From positions 62,001-126,000 of IMG/VR virus record IMGVR_UViG_3300046665_000548: a DNA stretch of 64,000 nucleotides. The stretch is one strand, 5' to 3'. The position numbers were made by a program, and so were the translations under genes. Shown here piece by piece: positions 40,165-48,951 of the stretch. The notes under the pieces are model-generated. The model saw nothing but the letters and a program-made list of their open reading frames with translations, did not search any database and was not told where the DNA came from. Numbering within the stretch: the stretch's first letter is position 1; each line of letters opens with the position of its first letter.

Positions 40165-40539
40165 TTATTGCATACAGCGGTCGATTGTTCGATTGCTCTG
40201 ATTGACCAAGCAAAGCTGATTGCCGTTCTGGACGTATTGAACGTCTTTCACGCCTAGATCGGCAGGGAAGCTCTGTAGTTGAGTTGACGATGGTACGGTT
40301 GATCCTGCTGACAGGCTGTTGCTCGAAGCAGTAGTCGTTGCTGATGCTGAACTGCTGGACCCCTTGTTCTGAGAAGCCCACCACGACTTGATCTTGCTTT
40401 CCTGCTCTGAGGAAAGACTGACCTTCTGAGCGCCGCCCGCACTGAGGCTTCCGCTGCTTGTCGGTTGCTCGGCGGCTGAAGCCATCACCGCTGCACCCAT
40501 AGTCATCACTGTGGCCAAGAGAACTGTACGAAACTTCAT
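40165..40539 (-). CDS. Exported small protein, DUF1236-like
   Basis: Signal peptide; LSSEQESKI..GSTVP..LQSFP..YV..LV....R.I pattern. Confidence 0.55.
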   Translation of the reverse strand: MKFRTVLLATVMTMGAAVMASAAEQPTSSGSLSAGGAQKVSLSSEQESKIKSWWASQNKGSSSSASATTTASSNSLSAGSTVPSSTQLQSFPADLGVKDVQYVQNGNQLCLVNQSNRTIDRCMQ

Positions 40540-40770
40540 GTTTCTGATCCTCGTCATTCGCGCTTGAGGCGGCGGGATGCCACCTCGCAACGCGATAATG
40601 AAGATGCTCTCAAACCGTTCCGGGTACCAGAGGAATTTTGATAGGACTTCAGCTACTAATAAAAGAAGGGCATCCCTTTTTCAGAGACGCCCTTCAAAAC
40701 GCGGGGTAAGAATGCAACCAAGGTCAGGAGACCCAACAATATTTACTCAACCCAATATCGAAGGTCGGTT

Positions 40771-41196
40771 TTAACCGGTCCAAACAACCTGCAATTCAGG
40801 AGGATTGCCAGCGAACGCATTTTTCACATATTCGTTCTCGATGATCTGAGTGGTCATACCACGAAGGTCTTTTCCGGCCGGGGAGTTCTGCGAAAAATAC
40901 GGGTACAACTTGATCTCATTCAATGTGAGAATAAGTCTCTCGCCGCCCAAACCAACCTTGCGTCGAATGTCGTGATGCGTAGCAAGATAAGCGTCCCAGA
41001 TGAACAGACCCTTTGGACCTAGAAGTCCTCTCGCCTCTTTAGAAACAAACTGCGAAACTACGCGATTGAATTCAGAACGACCTGGGTTCTTGAAAATTCG
41101 AAGATTTCCAAGTCCAGGGATTTCATCGTGTACGTAAAGAGATTCGGAGAGCGCATCGTCCAGCGCTGGGAAAAACAGGATGTCTGAAACTTTCAT
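40771..41196 (-). CDS. Late protein with a KNP-RG-WDA-H domain
   Basis: IFKNP..RGLL..FIWDAYLATH shared with 50670 and 51670; TAAATA upstream. Confidence 0.65.
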   Translation of the reverse strand: MKVSDILFFPALDDALSESLYVHDEIPGLGNLRIFKNPGRSEFNRVVSQFVSKEARGLLGPKGLFIWDAYLATHHDIRRKVGLGGERLILTLNEIKLYPYFSQNSPAGKDLRGMTTQIIENEYVKNAFAGNPPELQVVWTG

Positions 41197-41537
41197 GATC
41201 AACTATTTAGTGAGACTTCCTATGAAGGCAGCCGTCAAAGAACTCGCCAAACAACTCGACCCAGAATGCTGGCAAGATTATCGCGATCAACCGAAGAATA
41301 TTCAAATCATACTGGATGCACGTCGATCTCAATCATTGACCGCAGCGCGTAAGCAGCTAACAAAGGATCAGAACCGCGATTACTCGCGATCCTGATCAGT
41401 CAACTTCTCACGCAGTCTCTCGATCTCATCAGCCGCCATGGTTAGTGCCAGTTTGAGGTATGGACCTCGATCAGTGGCAAAACTGCGAAGAATTTGGGGG
41501 AGATTTTCATCACGCCACCAGTCAGGCGACGGGAGCA

Positions 41538-42236
41538 TCAAACTTCCATCTTGAAGATTTGCTCTACCAGTTCAGTGGTCATGTCGTCGCGCATACGATC
41601 AGCAAGATCGGAATCGCGTTGATCCAGCACGGGATCGCGCATCAACTGAAGGACGGTATGCTTCTTGTCCACATTGATGAGCTTCGCCTCTTCACTGGTC
41701 AAACGAGATAGAGCCGCCAGCTTGAACTTTTCACGCATGTCGTCAGCATCCGCGAATAGACCGAGCGAGGCATCTTCACAGCCAAGGGTCACGCGAACCA
41801 GACGCAACGTCTTTGAGTCAACTTCGCTTGTATCCCAAGAGAATACATCATCAATAACAATGCGCTTCCAAAGCTCCTGCATCTCTGATGTGATCTTCGG
41901 CATAAGCGCAGTGATCGTGCTCGATACCCGTAGGGTGGTTCCGTAGGAAAAATCCACAAAATTCCAGACCTTGCCCTCGTTGGTGTTCACCTTGACCACG
42001 AAAACGTAGCCGCTTTGTGCATCCAGACGCTGCTTTGTGGCCTTCAGCTTTTCCTTCTTCTTCGGCTTTTGCTTACGAGACTTCGACGGGTAGCTATCGT
42101 CACAAGCTTCAGTCTGTCCATAGTCAGAAATGGTCTTAGCCATCTTAATTGACTTGCTGGAGTAATGGCGTTTGCGCTTCAAACTACTTCCAGCGGCAGA
42201 AACGCTTTTCATATTAGAGTAACCCTTAGTAGCCAT
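41538..42236 (-). CDS. Hypothetical protein with a basic N-terminus
   Basis: GAGG RBS. Confidence 0.6.
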   Translation of the reverse strand: MATKGYSNMKSVSAAGSSLKRKRHYSSKSIKMAKTISDYGQTEACDDSYPSKSRKQKPKKKEKLKATKQRLDAQSGYVFVVKVNTNEGKVWNFVDFSYGTTLRVSSTITALMPKITSEMQELWKRIVIDDVFSWDTSEVDSKTLRLVRVTLGCEDASLGLFADADDMREKFKLAALSRLTSEEAKLINVDKKHTVLQLMRDPVLDQRDSDLADRMRDDMTTELVEQIFKMEV

Positions 42237-42301
42237 AGCAAAAACCTCAAAGTATGAAATCATAAAACACGACGCCAAGGTAAAGCGTCAATAAATACGA
42301 G

Positions 42302-43666
42302 ATGATCGAAAAACTAGACCATTGGTACGACGCGCAGATGCGTCGCTTCCTTGCCCAAATTGTCAGAGCCTTCTCTGGATTTCAATATACAACGGGCTGG
42401 AAGGACGGGCAGGCACCTCAGGCCATGCAGGTTCCGTGTCGTTTGGCGTCAACGGACCGAATGGTCGCGAATATGATCAAAAATGGTTCCGAGAACACCC
42501 TGAATACGGTCCCGATGATCGTCATCTATCAGACTGGTATTGCCGGTCGCCGCCAGGATGTGCAGAACCTTAACCACGTCGATTCCCGTGTTGTTCAAGA
42601 ACGCGCCATCGATCCGGTCAGCGGGAAGTACACACCCCTGAAGGGTCACGGCTACACCGTGCAGAGAATGATGCCACGTCCGTTCGAAATGACGGTCAAC
42701 GTTGATATCTGGACTTCAACCACAGATCAAAAGCATCAGCTATTCGAGCAGATCGCAACCATCTTCTATCCGGACATCTACATCCAGAATTCCGACAATG
42801 CTCTCGACTGGACCGCGATGACCACAATGGAATGGGTTGACTGCCAATGGTCGTCCAGAGCTATTCCGGTCGGCACTAACGACGAAATCGACGTGTTGAC
42901 GATCAGTTTCCGTCTTCCAATCTGGATTTCTCCTCCCGCCAAGGTCATGCAGATGAAGCTCATCGAGCAGGTCATCTCGAACATCCATGACGGTCGCCAC
43001 ACCGACGAGATCAGCGCAGACAATCATCTGTTCCGGCACATCACGACGCCGGGCAATCACTCGGTTCGTGTAGAAAACGGCAAAATACTTCTTCTCGGTC
43101 CAGAGGGGTCTGAGCATGGAGCAGACGGCAACACCTATACGTGGAAAAAGCTCATCGATCTGTACGGCGTTCTACGGCCGACACTGAGCACCATTCACCT
43201 TCTTACTAGTACCGATTTGGACGACCGCACGCGCGATGTCATCGGCACGATCCAGTACGACAACAACAATCCAAACGAAATCTTCTTCCAGATCGATCCG
43301 GACACTTTACCGCAGAATACGATGGACCCAATTAATGCGGTCATCGATCCGCGCGAGCATTGGGCCGGTAAGGGTCTTCCAGCCGCAACAGAAGGTCAGC
43401 GTTATCTTCTTCTGCACAGCATAATGCCAGACTCCATCGCCTGGGGCTCTCTCGAAGCAAACGAGAACAGCATCATTGAGTATCAGAACGGAGAGTGGAT
43501 CGTTGCTTTCGACGGCAAACCAGAAACCAACCCAACGCCACAACGCGTGCTGAACCTCGGTAGCTCACGCCAACTAAAGTTCGCTACCAGCGTTGAAGAC
43601 CAGTGGGAATGGTCGCTCGCCATCGACGGAACCTACTACCCCGGCACTTGGCGTCTCGACCTCTGA
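42302..43666 (+). CDS. Tail terminator/sheath stabilizer (T4 gp15-like) with a C-terminal extension
   Basis: WYDAQMRRF, DIWT...QK.QLFEQI...F.P, LTISFRLPIWISPPAKV. Confidence 0.8.
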   Translation: MIEKLDHWYDAQMRRFLAQIVRAFSGFQYTTGWKDGQAPQAMQVPCRLASTDRMVANMIKNGSENTLNTVPMIVIYQTGIAGRRQDVQNLNHVDSRVVQERAIDPVSGKYTPLKGHGYTVQRMMPRPFEMTVNVDIWTSTTDQKHQLFEQIATIFYPDIYIQNSDNALDWTAMTTMEWVDCQWSSRAIPVGTNDEIDVLTISFRLPIWISPPAKVMQMKLIEQVISNIHDGRHTDEISADNHLFRHITTPGNHSVRVENGKILLLGPEGSEHGADGNTYTWKKLIDLYGVLRPTLSTIHLLTSTDLDDRTRDVIGTIQYDNNNPNEIFFQIDPDTLPQNTMDPINAVIDPREHWAGKGLPAATEGQRYLLLHSIMPDSIAWGSLEANENSIIEYQNGEWIVAFDGKPETNPTPQRVLNLGSSRQLKFATSVEDQWEWSLAIDGTYYPGTWRLDL

Positions 43667-45472
43667 TGCAAATCTCGCAACAGATCGTTCAATAGTCTTG
43701 ACGTTGCGATTGCACAAATTCGCGATTTTACGGAACGAATAACCCAGTTCCGTTCGAATGCGATACCACATGTGACGGCGCGCACCCTGATTGGGATCGT
43801 GCCGCCCACCCTCGCGTAACAAGTCTTCAACAGTCAGGCCGTATTCATCGACAATCTCGTTCATGATCCGATGTCCGCCCGGCATCAGTCGATCCATTTC
43901 GGCGGCCCTCTTGGGATCAACAATCGCAATGTGCAGGCCGCTCTCTTTGTCCCTACACAGATCAGGACGCAGCCGCTGAGGCTCAATGCCCATCACGCGG
44001 CTCACAGTGGCCACCATCGGTTCGCTTACGTAGCCGCGCCTTGCCCACTGGAAAATCGCGCTGTCGTGCTTCACGCCCAACATAGCGGCAAGCCGCTGTC
44101 TGTTTCCAGCACGCGCAATGATCTCATCAAGCGCCGCTTTTGCGACAGAGATATCCTCGGGTTCCCAATGCAGAAACGGGCGAGGCTTCGATGACGAACC
44201 TCGACGCCGGAATTTGATGCGATCAGGAACGGCACCAGGAATATCCTTGTACGTCATACCACGGAGCATCGCCCCCATCGCCTGATTATCGATACCAAGC
44301 TCTTTCTCAAGAGTGCGCATCGTGACTTGACCAGTGGCATACATGCGCCGAGCCCAAATAACCTGCTCGTCAGTTAACAGTCTGAATTTACCCTTCGCAG
44401 AAACAGCTTCCGGCACAAAACCGTAGTGGTTTCCGGACAAGCATTGCTGAATATACCCTTTCGACAGTCCGTGAGCTTCCGCAAGTTGCTGCTGCGTGAC
44501 GTTGCCGTTCTGATAGACGAGCCGCATGAACAGCACTACCTCGGGCTCAAGACTTCTCTCAACTCCGGCAACGATGCGCTCGACCGGATTAGGAATTTTC
44601 GCAAACGGACCATGGCCAAGCAGCGCCTTACGGATCATCTGAGGATGCGAGTTATACTTGTCGGCCATCTCAAACAGAGTGACTTTACCCAGATTCACCC
44701 GGTAGAAATGACGCATTTCCTGGACTTCTCGTACTCGGAAATACGCAGCATTAGAGAGAACTTCCTCTGCCTCAAAACCTTTATATCGGTCGTACGGCTT
44801 TTCTCCCTTGAGCATTTTCTGTATCGTGCGGCGCTTAGTCTTAAGCTCAGCCGCAAGATGATCGAGAGCAATTCTTCCCTTGGCGGCTTCGTAACGCTGA
44901 CGCAAAGCCAAAACTGTATCTTTGTCAAACCTCACAGGAGGTGCGATCTCATCCGCAGTCAAAGCGCCAGGAATATTGCTGAACGAACCATTACCGAGCA
45001 ACAGGCTTTCAAAGTTGCGACCGGTCATGCCGTGCTTTCTTCCGAGCACAGCTAAGTGTCCGCCATACTTACGATAGCGATTACGGATAGCTCTGACCTG
45101 CTTGTCAGAAATGTCCGCAGCACGAAGACGGGGCAAAGCCTCCGCTACCTGCTTGTAAGTCTTCCCCGTCAGCAGATCGCGAACAGCACCCCGCGTAATA
45201 CCGAGTTCGGATTCAAGTTGTTCAGTAGTCTTCTCGCCCTTTTTGAAAGCTAGTCGCGAAGCGATAACCGTTTCGTCACTAAACGATGTGGATGGTAGAA
45301 CCGATACCGGATCAGGAACATGCGCATATGACTTGCCAAGCAGCAGACTATTGACTGAGGATCGAACCATGGAGAGTTCAGCCATAAGTTGCTGAACAGA
45401 CTTTTCTCCATTTTTCACGGCCTGACGCGCCGCCGATACCACCTCGTCGCTGAGTTTGCGCTTGCCCATCAT
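43574..45472 (-). CDS. Multi-HTH DNA-binding protein: 7 HTH repeats, a Cro/YdaS-like HTH and a DnaA C-terminal-like domain
   Basis: Repeats of L(S/T)DE.V..xR....G......LA...G.....I...L.G..Y..(V/I)P; LRPDL; ARRHMWY..R..LGYSF.KIA...NR..TI. Confidence 0.75.
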   Translation of the reverse strand: MMGKRKLSDEVVSAARQAVKNGEKSVQQLMAELSMVRSSVNSLLLGKSYAHVPDPVSVLPSTSFSDETVIASRLAFKKGEKTTEQLESELGITRGAVRDLLTGKTYKQVAEALPRLRAADISDKQVRAIRNRYRKYGGHLAVLGRKHGMTGRNFESLLLGNGSFSNIPGALTADEIAPPVRFDKDTVLALRQRYEAAKGRIALDHLAAELKTKRRTIQKMLKGEKPYDRYKGFEAEEVLSNAAYFRVREVQEMRHFYRVNLGKVTLFEMADKYNSHPQMIRKALLGHGPFAKIPNPVERIVAGVERSLEPEVVLFMRLVYQNGNVTQQQLAEAHGLSKGYIQQCLSGNHYGFVPEAVSAKGKFRLLTDEQVIWARRMYATGQVTMRTLEKELGIDNQAMGAMLRGMTYKDIPGAVPDRIKFRRRGSSSKPRPFLHWEPEDISVAKAALDEIIARAGNRQRLAAMLGVKHDSAIFQWARRGYVSEPMVATVSRVMGIEPQRLRPDLCRDKESGLHIAIVDPKRAAEMDRLMPGGHRIMNEIVDEYGLTVEDLLREGGRHDPNQGARRHMWYRIRTELGYSFRKIANLCNRNVKTIERSVARFASEVETPSAGVVGSVDGERPFPLVFNAGSEL

Positions 45473-46053
45473 TATTCCCAGTTTAGATTGAACGTACTGT
45501 TGTCGAACGCAGTAGTAGCTTGCATCAATCGCGCACGAGTCGCGTCGGCTTCTTCTTTCGAGACGATCTCGAAGTAATGCTTCGCCGCCTTCTGCTTGTA
45601 ATGGTTTTCGATCTTGCCTCCGGGCTGCATCATGCGGTCGTAAGCGTAATTGCGAACAATTTCTCGAACCTCTTCGCGCGCGACAATGATGTCCCATTTC
45701 TTGATGAGAAACGGACCACGCCCGGCAGTAATGGCTTTCGAGACCAAATGAGGAAGCGGCTGAAGCGTCCATTCAGTTCTGGGAGTTGCCTCCCAAACAT
45801 CGTCGCCCTCCCAGTCTTCAAGTACCGATCCATCGTGATTGCCGTCGCGAAAGCTGAAGGTGAATTCTTTGTCGCCAAGCGTGATAATGCCGTGCGCACG
45901 TGCATTAATCGCGTCGATGCGATCATGTTCCAAGATCATGATACAATCGTGCTTTCCCCACTGGCCCGTAGCTTCAGCAAGCATCATCAGCACATCTTCG
46001 CGCTGATCTTCGGGAACATCTCGCTCAAAACGTTCTTGTGCAGTCGTTGTCAT
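45472..46053 (-). CDS. Hypothetical protein
   Basis: GAGGGG RBS; coupled to the next gene. Confidence 0.65.
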   Translation of the reverse strand: MTTTAQERFERDVPEDQREDVLMMLAEATGQWGKHDCIMILEHDRIDAINARAHGIITLGDKEFTFSFRDGNHDGSVLEDWEGDDVWEATPRTEWTLQPLPHLVSKAITAGRGPFLIKKWDIIVAREEVREIVRNYAYDRMMQPGGKIENHYKQKAAKHYFEIVSKEEADATRARLMQATTAFDNSTFNLNWE

Positions 46054-46062
46054 GTGTTCCCC

Positions 46063-46323
46063 TCAGCGTCTACGTTGCGGCTCTTCGCCATCAATTCTAG
46101 TCGTGACGTGCATACTCGATGAGATATGCAGTATTTCCCTGTCCTCGCCGTGCCGTCCCTGATCCCATTTCATAGAGATCGTATCCGACCATGGGTCTTT
46201 CCAACCCGGACGAAAGCTCATGCTGACGTTATCAACGTTGAACGTCTTGCATACCGCAGCAATGGCGCGGCAAAACTCGACGTGATGATCTGGAATTGAA
46301 ATTTTTGGTACTGTTTCGGTCAT
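46063..46323 (-). CDS. Hypothetical protein
   Basis: ORF upstream in the same operon. Confidence 0.55.
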   Translation of the reverse strand: MTETVPKISIPDHHVEFCRAIAAVCKTFNVDNVSMSFRPGWKDPWSDTISMKWDQGRHGEDREILHISSSMHVTTRIDGEEPQRRR

Positions 46324-46441
46324 GGTTTAACGGTATATCGACAGTCCTGAGCCGTAAACCAAAAAATATTCGCTTTCTTTGCATTTTTCAGTTGTAACGG
46401 TTTGGGGAACTGTGTATAAATACGTTCTCTTGATTGGTTAC

Positions 46442-46516
46442 GCGAATGTAATTCAGTGGTAGAATGCCTCGTTGCCAACGAGGTCGCCGTGGGTTCGAGC
46501 CCCACCGTTCGCTCCA
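46442..46516 (+). tRNA. tRNA-Gly(GCC)
   Basis: Cloverleaf; anticodon arm CCTCG-TTGCCAA-CGAGG; GGTTCGA; encoded CCA. Confidence 0.92.
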
Positions 46517-46533
46517 GTCAGAAAGTTGTTTGT

Positions 46534-46610
46534 CGCGGGGTGGAGCAGCCCGGTAGCTCGTTAGGCTCATAACCTAAAGGTCGGTGGTTCAAATCCATCT
46601 CCCGCAACCA
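46534..46610 (+). tRNA. Initiator tRNA-fMet(CAT)
   Basis: CGCGGGG start with C1:A72 mismatch; TTAGG-CTCATAA-CCTAA; CCA end. Confidence 0.92.
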
Positions 46611-46655
46611 AACATTGAAAGAAATTGCCGACCTCAAAGGGTTGGCCAAGAGTGA

Positions 46656-46732
46656 CGCGGGATGGAGCAGTCAGGTAGCTCGTCGGGTTCATATCCCGGA
46701 GGTCGGTGGATCGAAGCCATCTCCCGCAACCA
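46656..46732 (+). tRNA. Second, variant initiator-type tRNA-Met(CAT)
   Basis: CGCGGGA start; TCGGG-TTCATAT-CCCGG; T-loop ATCGAAG; CCA end. Confidence 0.85.
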
Positions 46733-46766
46733 TTAAACGGTCTCCTTGTCCCGATAGACAGGAAAT

Positions 46767-46842
46767 GGGGCCTTAGCTCAGTTGAGAGAGCGATTCGCTG
46801 GCAGTGAATAGGTCGTCAGTTTGATCCTGACAGGCTCCACCA
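46767..46842 (+). tRNA. tRNA-Ala(GGC)
   Basis: G3:U70 pair; loop CTGGCAG; atypical T-loop TTTGATC; CCA end. Confidence 0.85.
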
Positions 46843-46850
46843 CATAGTTC

Positions 46851-46925
46851 GGGCTAGTAGTTCAGCGGGAGAACGTTGCCTTTGCAAGGCAAATGTCGGG
46901 GGTTCAATTCCCTCCTGGTCCACCA
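46851..46925 (+). tRNA. tRNA-Ala(TGC)
   Basis: G3:U70 pair; TTGCC-TTTGCAA-GGCAA; CCA end. Confidence 0.88.
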
Positions 46926-47118
46926 CACTGCGCCTGTTTGACCTTCGGGAAGACAGGCTTTTATTACGGATGAGACCGGTTTACACCTACGGGGCCAAAC
47001 CGGGCCAATCTCACCGTAAGGCCCCTGGGGCTTAGTCCAGGCGCGGCCGGAGCGAAATCCGGTAGAGGGCTGCACGGGACGCCGGATAGTCTGCGGAGGG
47101 GTGGGAACCCCTTCCAAT

Positions 47119-47194
47119 GCGAACGTAGCTCAGTTGGTAGAGCGTCTGATTTCCAATCAGAATGTCGTGAGTTCGAATCTCATCGTTCGCTCCA
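47119..47194 (+). tRNA. tRNA-Gly(TCC)
   Basis: TCTGA-TTTCCAA-TCAGA; GTTCGAAT; CCA end. Confidence 0.92.
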
Positions 47195-47734
47195 TTTTTT
47201 CTTCCATATCTCAATGTAATTCCTAACCTTCTCTTCAACGAGAGGGCGGAATTTGCTGTGCCAATACTGATGGTGCGTAGGGCACATAGGTATTAGGTTC
47301 GCTGGATCATTGTTCTGATGATTTTCATCAAGATGATGCACGGAAACGATATTTCTCTCATCACACACTACGCATTGTTTTTCGTGATGCCCGAAGCAGA
47401 TAGTGGTGTATTTTGTGATCTCGATATTTCTTCTGGATGCCCAGTCGAGTCCTGATCCTCTGTGATTTGAGCAACTGCGGCTACAAAAATACTTTTCCTT
47501 TAGAGGATACTGTTTTTCTCTTTCCCTTATCGAAAAATCCTTCGCGCAAGCATGGCACGCTACTGTGTAGGTTTTCATATCCCCAAGCTGTTTGCTGATG
47601 TATCGCCGTTGGGCATCCGCAAGTGCTTGAGTATCGTTCCTCTTTGGATTATGAGAACACCAACGAGAATGATTGGCTTTCTGACTGGTCGAGGAATATT
47701 CGAAGGTTTCGTCGCAATGAGCACATTTCCACAT
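47180..47734 (-). CDS. HNH homing endonuclease with Zn-finger modules
   Basis: CxxC motifs, FCSRSC, VHHLDENHQNNDPANLIPMCPTHH; TAAATA 4 nt upstream. Confidence 0.88.
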   Translation of the reverse strand: MWKCAHCDETFEYSSTSQKANHSRWCSHNPKRNDTQALADAQRRYISKQLGDMKTYTVACHACAKDFSIREREKQYPLKEKYFCSRSCSNHRGSGLDWASRRNIEITKYTTICFGHHEKQCVVCDERNIVSVHHLDENHQNNDPANLIPMCPTHHQYWHSKFRPLVEEKVRNYIEIWKKKWSER

Positions 47735-47836
47735 ACCTTATTTATGTGGAGTGCTAAGCTATCGCTTAATCAGATGCGATATCGATGTATTCCTAGCTAG
47801 GGGGTGTGTACTTGGCGCGAATATACGGCTTATCAT

Positions 47837-48061
47837 ATGCGTACTGATCTCACCGAAAAAGAGCACAAGTTGCTTCACCTGCTTTGGAATAATGGCCTTA
47901 AGGGTTCTATGTGTTGGATTCGTCGGGATGAAGATGAGGACACGAATTCCAGTTTAACATCTCTCATTGAGCGTGGATTAGTGGCGCGAAAAGATAACGG
48001 CTGGTTCATCTATATTACTGAAGACGGCGAGTTTTTGATTCGCTTCTACGGGAAACCCTGA
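47837..48061 (+). CDS. MRTDL winged-helix paralog 1
   Basis: MRTDLT..E..LL...SLIERGLV...ITEDG...R.YGKP. Confidence 0.75.
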   Translation: MRTDLTEKEHKLLHLLWNNGLKGSMCWIRRDEDEDTNSSLTSLIERGLVARKDNGWFIYITEDGEFLIRFYGKP

Positions 48062-48273
48062 TGCGCACTGATCTAACCGAGATGGAGCACAAAATGCTCT
48101 ACGACATCTCAAATGACACAGGGTATTGTTGGATTAATCGGTATGAGCATCCGAAAGCCAATGCTTCAATGGCATCTCTTATCGAACGTGGCTTAGTGAG
48201 AAAAGAAAAAAGCTTTTTCGTCAAGATCACTGAGGACGGCGCGCTTTTGGCACGTCTCTATGGGAAGCCCTAA
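48061..48273 (+). CDS. MRTDL winged-helix paralog 2
   Basis: Same pattern; TGATG coupling. Confidence 0.75.
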   Translation: MRTDLTEMEHKMLYDISNDTGYCWINRYEHPKANASMASLIERGLVRKEKSFFVKITEDGALLARLYGKP

Positions 48274-48518
48274 TGCGCACTGATCTGAACAACAACGAGC
48301 TTTGGTTGCTTGAATTTATTAATGACTGCGCGAGTGGCCGCTGTCACCCTCCTCGCGCTTACACGATTCGTGAGGTAGTGATTCTTCAAAAAGCACCTCT
48401 TTTAAGGTTGCTCGCGGATGGCATGGTAATAAAACGACCAGGAGAGAATCCCGCTATCGTGGACATTTACCCCACTGACGATGGCTTATTCATGCTTAGG
48501 CTTCATGGGGTGATCTGA
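48273..48518 (+). CDS. MRTDL winged-helix paralog 3 (divergent)
   Basis: Same termini; TAATG coupling. Confidence 0.7.
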   Translation: MRTDLNNNELWLLEFINDCASGRCHPPRAYTIREVVILQKAPLLRLLADGMVIKRPGENPAIVDIYPTDDGLFMLRLHGVI

Positions 48519-48739
48519 TGCGAACTGATCTCACCGATGATGAGCACTGGTATCTTATCTACGTCGATTTTCATTCTGATCAAGGAAGAAAGTTTATCGG
48601 GTGGGTTTCTTCTTTCCACAAATCCGTAGACGCTTTGGTTGAGCGCGGCCTGATCGAGAAAACGGAAGACAAAAACAGTGTTTGGATTAAATCCACTCCA
48701 GATGGCGTACTCTTGGCCCGACTCTACGGAGAGCCGTAA
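48518..48739 (+). CDS. MRTDL winged-helix paralog 4
   Basis: Same pattern. Confidence 0.75.
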   Translation: MRTDLTDDEHWYLIYVDFHSDQGRKFIGWVSSFHKSVDALVERGLIEKTEDKNSVWIKSTPDGVLLARLYGEP

Positions 48740-48951
48740 TGCGCACTGATCTCACCCACCCGGAGCACATGCTACTCCAGGAAATATCGGATCATAGTGG
48801 TTTTGCTTGGCTTTCTCCGGATGATGACAAGGAAACGAATTCTTGCATAGCATCTCTCATTGATCGTGGATTGGTGAGGATACAAAATGTCTGGTTCATC
48901 TATATTACTGATGATGGCGAGCTTTTGCTTCGTATGTACGGAGAGCCCTGA
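48739..48951 (+). CDS. MRTDL winged-helix paralog 5
   Basis: Same pattern. Confidence 0.75.
   Translation: MRTDLTHPEHMLLQEISDHSGFAWLSPDDDKETNSCIASLIDRGLVRIQNVWFIYITDDGELLLRMYGEP

Noticed and set aside
45473-45772. N-terminal 99 aa of the 732-aa ORF call
   Set aside because: Overlaps the real upstream gene 45472-46053 in another frame; the repeats start at the coupled ATG at 45472/45469
46320-47238. Short minus-strand ORFs across the tRNA cluster
   Set aside because: Reverse-complement translations of tRNA genes
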